The position numbers and the translations under genes are program-made. Shown here piece after piece: positions 1 to 7,072 of a stretch of 64,000 nt of DNA. Location of the stretch: NCBI GenBank assembly GCA_022394775.1, contig JAGFCB010000020.1, forward strand, positions 984 through 64,983. Direction: 5' to 3'. How positions within the stretch are numbered: the first letter of the stretch is position 1; each line of letters starts with the position of its first letter. Under the pieces are notes generated by a model. The model did not search any database, was not told where the DNA came from, and worked only from the letters and a program-made list of their open reading frames with translations. This DNA is from Candidatus Poribacteria bacterium (GTDB lineage Bacteria > Poribacteria > WGA-4E > WGA-3G).

Positions 1-660
1 GCCTCTGAATTTACCGGCATACCCAGAACCGATGAGCAAATTAAGATCGCTCGGAGTGGAATCTCCGCAGGGGTGAGCACCACATTTCGCCCATTTATCT
101 TCACCTGTAACCTCACCGTCTTTGTACATCTTGTACTCGCGTTTTTTGACGTTACGCGTTTCAGCTACGTGTATCCATTCGTTATCTAAGAAAGTACCAG
201 GGGCAGGTCTTGCGACTTCTACATAAGGCTGACAATTTCCGCCACAATCACCCCAATAAAAACTCAGTCGACCATCTGGCTCCAGTGTCAGGCAGCCTTC
301 ACCGCCGTACGATTTGCAAACTATGTTTTGGCGACCCCCACCTACACTTTCGGGTTTAGCCCAAAAAACAATTGTCACATCTCCATCGAACTGGACTGAT
401 GCATCATTTCCCATGTCCACAAAGTTTGTACCATCAAACTCAAGAGCCTTGCCAAATTTACCATCCACCCACTTGGGTTTGCTCATGAGTGTACCGTCGT
501 TCCCGTTTTCAGAAGCGTCTTTTGCAGTGTCCCCTTTCCCTTCGTCAAATTTCCACATACCTACGATAGTGTCAGGGTCTAACACAGCGTCGCTTGAACC
601 GGTTAATATACCAGCAATAAATAGAACCACTATCCCAATCCATACCAATCTGACTTTCAT
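1..660 (-). CDS. LamG/concanavalin-A-like domain secreted protein, N-terminal 220 codons (ORF open at window edge)
   Basis: Absent from the ORF track because it runs off the window. I checked the reverse frame by hand: ATG at 660-658 and no stop down to position 1. Translation starts MKVRLVWIGIVVLFIAGILTGSSDAVLDPDTIVGMWKFDEGKGDTAKDASENGNDGTL. AAGGAGG SD at 676-670. Clear paralog of 36134..36982 (shared VGxWxFDEGxGxTAKDxSxNxNDG motif). Confidence 0.75.
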   Translation of the reverse strand, partial: MKVRLVWIGIVVLFIAGILTGSSDAVLDPDTIVGMWKFDEGKGDTAKDASENGNDGTLMSKPKWVDGKFGKALEFDGTNFVDMGNDASVQFDGDVTIVFWAKPESVGGGRQNIVCKSYGGEGCLTLEPDGRLSFYWGDCGGNCQPYVEVARPAPGTFLDNEWIHVAETRNVKKREYKMYKDGEVTGEDKWAKCGAHPCGDSTPSDLNLLIGSGYAGKFRG

Positions 661-840
661 TTTTCTACGCCTCCTTATATAGCTGACCTACTTTTGACCC
701 TAAAGTGTAAAAATTGTTTCTCTCTAATAGATACCGAAATCATAGCAGATCCAAAAAAATAATCAAGAAAAATCTCTGCATTTGCAGGGTCATTTAGTTT
801 TAAGAAATTATTGGGTTTTTATGTCTTCTTTCACGGTACC

Positions 841-866
841 GGTGCGGTTAGGAAACCGCACCTACT
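841..866. repeat. REP-like palindromic element, family A (GGTGCGGTT-AGGA-AACCGCACC-TAC)
   Basis: Perfect 9-bp stem ggtgcggtt/aaccgcacc with a 4-nt loop, followed by tact. Related copies at 4076-4101, 43196-43236, 43462-43486, 43518-43558 and a degenerate one at 33545-33563. Confidence 0.7.
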
Positions 867-1013
867 GGGTCCGGGTTTTCAAAATTTGGTTAAAAAATGG
901 AAAACTGAATAGTCCTGCTGCATTTGCCCCAGTTTTTCGTGGGTATTAAATGTATATGACTTGTCTGTTACCTGCGTACCAATTGTTGCCTACAGAAACG
1001 CGCGAAATCCTGC

Positions 1014-1042
1014 TTGCTATTAACACCGCGCTGTGCTAATAT
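1014..1042 (+). promoter_or_regulatory. sigma70-like promoter (TTGCTA-17-TAATAT with TG extension)
   Basis: TTGCTA 1014-1019, 17-nt spacer, tgcTAATAT 1037-1042. About 30 nt upstream of the ATG at 1074. Confidence 0.5.
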
Positions 1043-1073
1043 ATCGCAAAAGTTTCAAAGGAGACATCTAACT

Positions 1074-1946
1074 ATGTTTAAACTTGGCGTTATCGGCGAC
1101 GAAGTTTCACAGGACTTCGCCACCGTTGTCAATTTTGTCAAGGAATTCAACCTCCATTCCATCGAAATTCGCTCTGTCTGGGATAAACTCCCGCACGAAC
1201 TCACCGCATCAGATATCGACGAGATGAAACGCCTGCTTGATGGCACGGACATTGAGATTATCGGCGTTGCGTCCCCATTTTTTAAGTGTGAGATGGATGA
1301 CGCTGCGGAACGGAAGGAGCATCTCGGTATACTCGAAGGGTGCATCCGAACGGCAAAGGCATTTAATACCAACCTCATTCGGACTTTCGTCTTTTGGGAT
1401 ACTGGTGAAACCGAGGAACGGTGGGACGACATTATTGCTTCTTACGACGAACCGCGCAGAATGATCGACGGCGAAGGCATCGTGCTCGGCATGGAAAACG
1501 AATCTACCACCTCACTCAGCACCGCTAAACTCACTGCAGAGTTTATTGAACAAATTGATTCACCGAATATCCGCGGCATCTGGGATCCAGCCAACGAAGC
1601 GCATGCGAAGGGTGGCGAAACTCCGTATCCTGATGCGTACAATCGTATGAAACCGACAATGATCCATGCACATCTCAAGGACGCAGGACCGAACCCGGAT
1701 ACTGGGGAGATAGAATCCGTTCCTGTCGGGGATGGTGTTATTGACTGGCAAGGGCAGCTGCAAGCCTTGATTGATGATGGATATGAGGGACATCTCTGCC
1801 TCGAAACACACTGGCGACCTTCACTCAAAATCGACGATGCCATCCTCAATAGACCGGGTGGACAAGCGTTCTCCGAAGCGGGTGAAGAAGCCTCCCGTAT
1901 CTGTATCCAAAACTTACTGGCGATGATTGAGAACTTAAAACAGTAG
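1074..1946 (+). CDS. sugar phosphate isomerase/epimerase (xylose isomerase-like TIM barrel)
   Basis: ORF track 1014..1946. The ATG at 1074 (MFKLGVIGDE) follows AAAGGAGA. Family-typical pattern: IEIRSVW, GMENES, HAHLKD, CLETHW. Confidence 0.85.
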   Translation: MFKLGVIGDEVSQDFATVVNFVKEFNLHSIEIRSVWDKLPHELTASDIDEMKRLLDGTDIEIIGVASPFFKCEMDDAAERKEHLGILEGCIRTAKAFNTNLIRTFVFWDTGETEERWDDIIASYDEPRRMIDGEGIVLGMENESTTSLSTAKLTAEFIEQIDSPNIRGIWDPANEAHAKGGETPYPDAYNRMKPTMIHAHLKDAGPNPDTGEIESVPVGDGVIDWQGQLQALIDDGYEGHLCLETHWRPSLKIDDAILNRPGGQAFSEAGEEASRICIQNLLAMIENLKQ

Positions 1947-2012
1947 TCAATAATAAAATGGTTCTCACTGCGAAGCCAGATTTAAGGAGACCCGTGAAAT
2001 GGTAATCTCGCC

Positions 2013-2031
2013 TTGTTTAACCGCAAGGAAA
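2013..2031. repeat. left copy of a 19-bp perfect inverted repeat bracketing the gene 2041..3126
   Basis: ttgtttaaccgcaaggaaa is the exact reverse complement of 3129-3147. It contains its own small hairpin, ccttg/caagg. Confidence 0.85.
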
Positions 2032-2040
2032 ATTTAAAAA

Positions 2041-3126
2041 ATGAAAATAAAAGCAGTTCGTACATCTCTTTACGATATCCCGCCGCAAGTCGAACGCGTT
2101 GATGCCATCCAAGCCTTCGTCTCTATGGAGTTCCCTTTCATCGAGATTGAAGATGCAGACGGAGTCGTCGGCACTGGATTCTCTTACACGATCGGCAAGG
2201 GTGGCGAAGCGATTAAACAGATTATGGATGCCTATCTCACGCCTATTCTTCTTGAAGAGGATGCCGCCAATATCGACCGGATTTGGAATCGGATGTGGAT
2301 GGACACACACTGGGTCGGCAGAGGTGGCATCGTCACTTTAGGCATGGCGGCGGTGGACATTGCACTTTGGGACCTCATGGCAAAGCGCGCCGAGCTACCA
2401 CTTTACCAAGTCCTTGGTGGTGCGAGAGCCGCTGTTCCTGTCTACAACACAGACGGCGGTTGGCTCCACCTCTCTGAAGAAGATCTTGTTCGTCAATCCG
2501 TGGAATTTGTGGAGCAAGGCTTCAAAGGTATCAAGATTAAAGTCGGGCGCGACAATCTCCACGAGGATGTCGCACGCATCTTCGCTGTCAGGAAAGCCAT
2601 CGGGCAAGAACCCTACCTTATGATTGATGCAAATATGAAATGGAACGCTCGCGAAGCCATTCAACTCGCATGTCGTGTCGAAGAAGCGGACCTCTTCTGG
2701 TTTGAAGAACCCATTGAGGCGGATGACGTGGAGAGCCACGTGGATTTGCGTGAGAAAACCACCATCCCGATCGCTATCGGCGAGACGATTTACAATAAGT
2801 ATGTCTTTAAGGAATACATCGCACAGGGTGCAGCGGATATCCTACAGCCGGATGCTGTGCGCGTCGGTGGTATCTCTGAATGGATGAAGGTTGCGCATAC
2901 TGCAGAATGTTTTGGGCTTTCGGTCTCTCCACATTTCCTGATGGATTTACACGTCCATCTCTCTGCTGCGGTGCCGCATTCGCTTTTTGTCGAGTATATA
3001 CCGTCGCTGGATCCAGTCCTTGATGATACCTTGACGCTCAGAGACGGTCACTTTTCACCGCCTGATCGTCCAGGACACGGCATTTTGTTTAATAAGCAGA
3101 AATTGGCGCAGTATCAAATATTTTAA
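2041..3126 (+). CDS. enolase-superfamily (mandelate racemase/muconate lactonizing enzyme family) sugar-acid dehydratase-like protein
   Basis: 361 aa. Motifs KIKVGR, MIDANMKWN, FWFEEP, IAIGET and DILQPD are typical of MR/MLE enzymes. Confidence 0.9.
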   Translation: MKIKAVRTSLYDIPPQVERVDAIQAFVSMEFPFIEIEDADGVVGTGFSYTIGKGGEAIKQIMDAYLTPILLEEDAANIDRIWNRMWMDTHWVGRGGIVTLGMAAVDIALWDLMAKRAELPLYQVLGGARAAVPVYNTDGGWLHLSEEDLVRQSVEFVEQGFKGIKIKVGRDNLHEDVARIFAVRKAIGQEPYLMIDANMKWNAREAIQLACRVEEADLFWFEEPIEADDVESHVDLREKTTIPIAIGETIYNKYVFKEYIAQGAADILQPDAVRVGGISEWMKVAHTAECFGLSVSPHFLMDLHVHLSAAVPHSLFVEYIPSLDPVLDDTLTLRDGHFSPPDRPGHGILFNKQKLAQYQIF

Positions 3127-3128
3127 AC

Positions 3129-3147
3129 TTTCCTTGCGGTTAAACAA
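3129..3147. repeat. right copy of the 19-bp perfect inverted repeat
   Basis: tttccttgcggttaaacaa, starting 3 nt after the stop codon of 2041..3126. Confidence 0.85.
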
Positions 3148-3336
3148 CGCGGGTTTGAACTTTGGTGTCCCTTTCTTAAATCCGCCCTCCATTTCATTAC
3201 GGGCTACGGTTTTGACTGCACAAAAGATGACAGCCTGCAACAACGGCGCAGGCGGGGATACGAGTGGAACCCTTTGATAAACCAATAACCTGATTTAACG
3301 TCTTGTGAATAATTAAAAAAACTTTGAGGAGAACTT

Positions 3337-4047
3337 GTGAAACTTGAAAACCGTATTGCGATTATCACCGGTGGCGGACGTGGGATCGGTCGCTCAACCG
3401 CCTTAGCATTTGCCAAAGAAGGCGCAGACATCGTTCTCGCTGCACGGACGGATACGGAAATAAACGCCGTCGCTGAAGAGGTTACGCAACTCGGCAGGCG
3501 CGCACTCGCTATTAAAACCGATATTCAGTTGAAGTCTGATGTTGATGCCATGGTTGCTCGGACGCTTGACACCTTCGGCAAGGTGGACATCCTCGTTAAC
3601 AACGCAGGCGTGGCGATCCACAACCCGATTCCGCAAATCCGGGAAGAGGACTGGGATTTGACAATGGCGGTCAACCTGAAAGGTGTGTTTCTCGGCACAC
3701 AAGCCGTTTTCAGCCAGATGTGCGAGCAGGAGTATGGGCATATCGTTAACGTCTCCTCGGTTTCTGGCAAATTTGGACATGTCAATGGTGGCGCGTACTG
3801 TGCCTCCAAATTTGCCGTCATTGGTTTTACGGAGACGACGAACAACGAGGGGAGACCCCACGGTGTGAAAGCCTCGGTAGTCTGTCCCGGTCCTGTGGAC
3901 ACCAAGATGCGCCGTGATAACCATCCGGACGATGTGATTGAACATCTGACGCTTCCAGAGGATGTGGCGGGCTTGATTCTGTTTCTCGTAACGCAGCCAC
4001 CCCGGGCACATACGCTTGAAACTGTTATCCGAACGCCGCTAATGTGA
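3337..4047 (+). CDS. short-chain dehydrogenase/reductase (SDR)
   Basis: GTG start after GAGGAG. TGGGRGIG cofactor motif, NNAG, catalytic YCASK. Confidence 0.9.
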   Translation: MKLENRIAIITGGGRGIGRSTALAFAKEGADIVLAARTDTEINAVAEEVTQLGRRALAIKTDIQLKSDVDAMVARTLDTFGKVDILVNNAGVAIHNPIPQIREEDWDLTMAVNLKGVFLGTQAVFSQMCEQEYGHIVNVSSVSGKFGHVNGGAYCASKFAVIGFTETTNNEGRPHGVKASVVCPGPVDTKMRRDNHPDDVIEHLTLPEDVAGLILFLVTQPPRAHTLETVIRTPLM

Positions 4048-4075
4048 TTTTTTGTTAGCCTCCCTTTCAAATCCA

Positions 4076-4101
4076 GTGCGGTTCCAAACCGCATCTACCG
4101 G
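4076..4101. repeat. REP-like element, family A copy
   Basis: gtgcggtt-ccaa-aaccgcat-ctaccgg, in the spacer between the SDR gene and tatD. Confidence 0.65.
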
Positions 4102-4115
4102 AATTAGCGACCGAA

Positions 4116-4877
4116 ATGTTTATTGACTCACACGCACATATTCAGCTCTCCCAATTCAATCGCGATCGAGACGCAGTGCTGAAACGTGCACACGAAGCCA
4201 CTGTTACCAACATCCTCGTCATAGGGTTTGATATGGAAACCAGTCTCGGCGCGGTGGAACTTGCGGAGGAACATACGCATATCTATGCCACTGTCGGGAT
4301 GCATCCGCACGACGCAAAGGATCTGACCCCGGATGTGATAGAAACCTTTCGCGAACTCGCCGCACACCCGAAGGTGATTGCGCTTGGCGAAATGGGATTG
4401 GATTACTACCGCAACCTTTCACCGCGTCCTGTGCAGAAAACGGCGTTTGAACAGCAGTTGGACCTCGCCGAAGAATTGCAGATGCCGATTATCATTCACA
4501 ACCGGGATGCCTACACGGATATCCTGCCGATCTTAGAAGCGCGACAGGGGAAAATCCAAGGCGTGCTGCACTGCTTTACTGGCGATGTGGCGTTGATGCA
4601 TAGAAGCCTTGCGATCGGATTCCATATCGGTATCGGTGGTATTGTGACTTATCCGAATGCCAAGGATATCCAAGTCGTTGCGCAAGAGGTACCTGAGGAT
4701 CGACTGTTGATAGAAACCGATTGCCCATGGCTCACTCCACAGTTCCGACGCGGCAAGCGGAATGAACCGGCTTATGTCCGCGCGGTAGCAGAAAAAATCG
4801 CAGAACTCCGCAACACCTCCATAGAAACAATCGGTGAAATTACAACCCAGAATTTCAATCTTTTAATGGGTACATGA
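4116..4877 (+). CDS. tatD: TatD-family metal-dependent hydrolase/DNase
   Basis: 253 aa. N-terminal FIDSHAHI, plus EMGLDYY, IIHNRDA and ETDCPWLTP, all typical of TatD. Confidence 0.9.
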   Translation: MFIDSHAHIQLSQFNRDRDAVLKRAHEATVTNILVIGFDMETSLGAVELAEEHTHIYATVGMHPHDAKDLTPDVIETFRELAAHPKVIALGEMGLDYYRNLSPRPVQKTAFEQQLDLAEELQMPIIIHNRDAYTDILPILEARQGKIQGVLHCFTGDVALMHRSLAIGFHIGIGGIVTYPNAKDIQVVAQEVPEDRLLIETDCPWLTPQFRRGKRNEPAYVRAVAEKIAELRNTSIETIGEITTQNFNLLMGT

Positions 4878-4993
4878 TTTATAGTAAAACCAAAAAATAA
4901 GTAGACACTCTCCGAAACCAACCCCCTAACCCCCCTTATCAGGGGGGAATAGGAATCGAAAATCCGATCGGAAAAATCGGAGCGGAAACCCAA

Positions 4994-6115
4994 TTGTTAA
5001 AAAATCTGAATCTCCGTATGTATGCGATGGTGCTTGCGCTCGTCTGTGTCTGGATAATTTTCACATTGCTGACCAACGGCACCTTTCTCAGCACTCGGAA
5101 TCTCTCTAATCTTTCCCGCCAAGCCGCCGTCACAGCCATTCTCGCTGTCGGCATGACCTTGGTTATTGTCTCTGCCAACATTGACCTGTCGGTTGGCTAC
5201 GGTGCCGGGTTACTCGGTGCAATTGCAGCGATTGTGCACGTGTGGTGGGGGCAACCGATTCTCGTTACACTTTTCATCGTTATTTGCATCGGTATCCTGA
5301 TGGGACTGATGCAGGGTTACCTCGTCGCATATCAGCGAATCCCGGCGTTTATCGTCACACTGGGCGGCTTTTTGGCGTATCGCGGCTTGATGCTGGCGTT
5401 TACCAAAGGCGAGACTATTCTGCTCCCAGACAATTGGCTGAAAGCGATCGGCAACGCTTACCTTTCACCGACATTCGGATGGGGGCTTATGGTTGCCGGT
5501 GTTGGCATCAGTGGGTTCCGCTTTTACCGACAGCGCACCGCACAGTTACAATACGGAAACTTCGAACAGTCGTCTCTACCGATGCTTTTATTTAAGATAA
5601 TCGGTGTATCGGCACTGATTGTTGCATTCGTCGCCGTGATGAACGCTCACAAAGGGGTTCCGTTTCCGGTGTGCATCCTTTTCGGATTAGCGTTCGTGTT
5701 CCATTTCATCGCGAACCACACGCGTTTCGGACGTTACGTCTACGCAGTCGGTGGCAATGCGGAAGCGGCGTACCTCTCTGGGGTCAACGTCCGGAGCATT
5801 ACGTTGCGCGTGTTTGCAACGATGGGCGCGTTGATGGCAATCGCGGGGGTCGTTATGACAGCACGTGTTGGGAGTGCCAGTCCGGAAGCAGGACGCTTGC
5901 TGGAATTAGATGCCATCGCTGCGTGTGTTATTGGCGGTGCGAGTTTAATGGGTGGACGCGGGAGCATCTTCGGTGCAATTTTAGGCGCGTTCGTGATGGA
6001 GAGCCTCAACAATGGGATGAGCATGGCAAATATGGATGCCTCATGGCAAGATATTATTAAAGGCGTGGTGCTTGTTGCAGCTGTCGGTTTTGACATGGCA
6101 TCTCGGCGACGATAG
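4994..6115 (+). CDS. sugar ABC transporter permease (XylH/RbsC-like, AraH family), orphan
   Basis: 373 aa, multi-TM. N-terminal ...FLSTRNLSNLSRQAAVTAILAVGMTLVIVSANIDLSVG is typical of the family. No ATPase or binding-protein gene is adjacent. Confidence 0.8.
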   Translation: MLKNLNLRMYAMVLALVCVWIIFTLLTNGTFLSTRNLSNLSRQAAVTAILAVGMTLVIVSANIDLSVGYGAGLLGAIAAIVHVWWGQPILVTLFIVICIGILMGLMQGYLVAYQRIPAFIVTLGGFLAYRGLMLAFTKGETILLPDNWLKAIGNAYLSPTFGWGLMVAGVGISGFRFYRQRTAQLQYGNFEQSSLPMLLFKIIGVSALIVAFVAVMNAHKGVPFPVCILFGLAFVFHFIANHTRFGRYVYAVGGNAEAAYLSGVNVRSITLRVFATMGALMAIAGVVMTARVGSASPEAGRLLELDAIAACVIGGASLMGGRGSIFGAILGAFVMESLNNGMSMANMDASWQDIIKGVVLVAAVGFDMASRRR

Positions 6116-6178
6116 CGCGAATTCCTGACGATTGTTCTACCCCCCAACTTGAATACCTTTTTACATTGCCTGTTTTTC

Positions 6179-6207
6179 TTGACGAAGCGTCATTTTTGTG
6201 ATAATAT
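6179..6207 (+). promoter_or_regulatory. sigma70-like promoter (TTGACG-17-TAATAT) for the AT-rich cassette
   Basis: TTGACG 6179-6184, 17-nt spacer ending tgtga, TAATAT 6202-6207. Confidence 0.45.
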
Positions 6208-6292
6208 TCTTATACAAATTTTGTGAAAACGCTTGGTAAAATATGTGAAAAAATTACAATTACATCAAAATTAACCAAATTGGAGATTTGTC

Positions 6293-6520
6293 ATGGAACA
6301 AGAACGAATGTCCATAGAAGAAATGATACTGAAATATCCCGATCAGTGGTTGTTTATTACTGATTGTGAGATCAGCGAAAATACTGAGTTAATATCAGGT
6401 GTTGTATTAGTGAACAGCCCATCCAAAGATGAGGTTTATAAAGCCCTTACAAATCATAAGGGTGAATCCGCAATACGGTATACTGGAAAACTTCCAGAAG
6501 GGATGGCTTACTTACTCTAA
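6293..6520 (+). CDS. small cytoplasmic protein (DUF5678-like pattern), first gene of a two-gene cassette
   Basis: 75 aa. GGAG SD. Its stop overlaps the next start (TAATG at 6518-6522). The region is visibly more AT-rich than its flanks. Confidence 0.6.
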   Translation: MEQERMSIEEMILKYPDQWLFITDCEISENTELISGVVLVNSPSKDEVYKALTNHKGESAIRYTGKLPEGMAYLL

Positions 6521-6945
6521 TGGGACGTACGCGTTTTGATGGCAATGGTTCATCTATAAAACTAAACTTGCTGGTAAGCAGTATGGATTTAACTTCCCAT
6601 ACGAATGTTTTAGTGGCATTGGATACTGGAGCTTCTGTTACATCTATACCAACGTATGTTGCTAAAGCTTTAGGTTATGACCTTTCCGAGAATTGTGAGG
6701 AAATTGAAATTATTACTGGTAGCGGAACAAAAAAAGTAAAAGTAATCCACGTAAGCAAATTAACTGCTATAGGTGAGAGTCGTGAGAATATTAAAGTTTG
6801 GTGTTGTGACCTTCCGCTTGACTTAGATGTTTTAGGAGTATTAGGATACAATTTCTTGGAACACTTTGATATTAATATTTCATTTTCCTCCAATACGATT
6901 GAGATAAAGCCAATAGAAAAGAAGGAACAAGTGCTGGCACCTTAA
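6520..6945 (+). CDS. retropepsin-like (clan AA) aspartic protease
   Basis: 141 aa. Active-site-like motif VALDTGAS (D-T-G-A). Size and layout fit single-domain bacterial retropepsin-like proteases. Confidence 0.7.
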   Translation: MGRTRFDGNGSSIKLNLLVSSMDLTSHTNVLVALDTGASVTSIPTYVAKALGYDLSENCEEIEIITGSGTKKVKVIHVSKLTAIGESRENIKVWCCDLPLDLDVLGVLGYNFLEHFDINISFSSNTIEIKPIEKKEQVLAP

Positions 6946-7072
6946 TAGTCGAGGGGCAACACTTGCTCTTCTAAATCCCAACATTCCCTGGTTATCCATT
7001 CAGTACTTTTTCTTATTTCTTTATTTTTTAAACCCTTTCCCTCAAAAATCCCCTCTTATAACTACAGTCTAA

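Noticed and set aside
314-682. 122-aa plus-strand ORF from the track
   Set aside because: It lies antisense to a well-supported LamG-domain gene (ATG at 660, SD, signal peptide, paralog at 36134). Its sequence is low-complexity (Pro/Ser/Thr-rich) with no start context.
3150-3290. Possible tRNA-like or T-arm sequence (gttcaaacccgcg on the minus strand) in the enolase-SDR spacer
   Set aside because: I could not build an acceptor stem or cloverleaf, and the flanking stems do not pair.
3403-4094. Long antisense ORFs (202 and 189 aa) opposite the SDR gene, and similar ones opposite dnaE (8744..9562) and the FAD oxidase
   Set aside because: The sense genes have strong family motifs. The antisense products are Arg/Ser/Pro-rich with no motifs, which is typical of spurious ORFs at this GC content.
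4930-4947. C6-ttatca-G6 hairpin after tatD, considered as a terminator
   Set aside because: No U-tract follows and only a single copy is seen. It may still be a structural element, but I cannot support a call.
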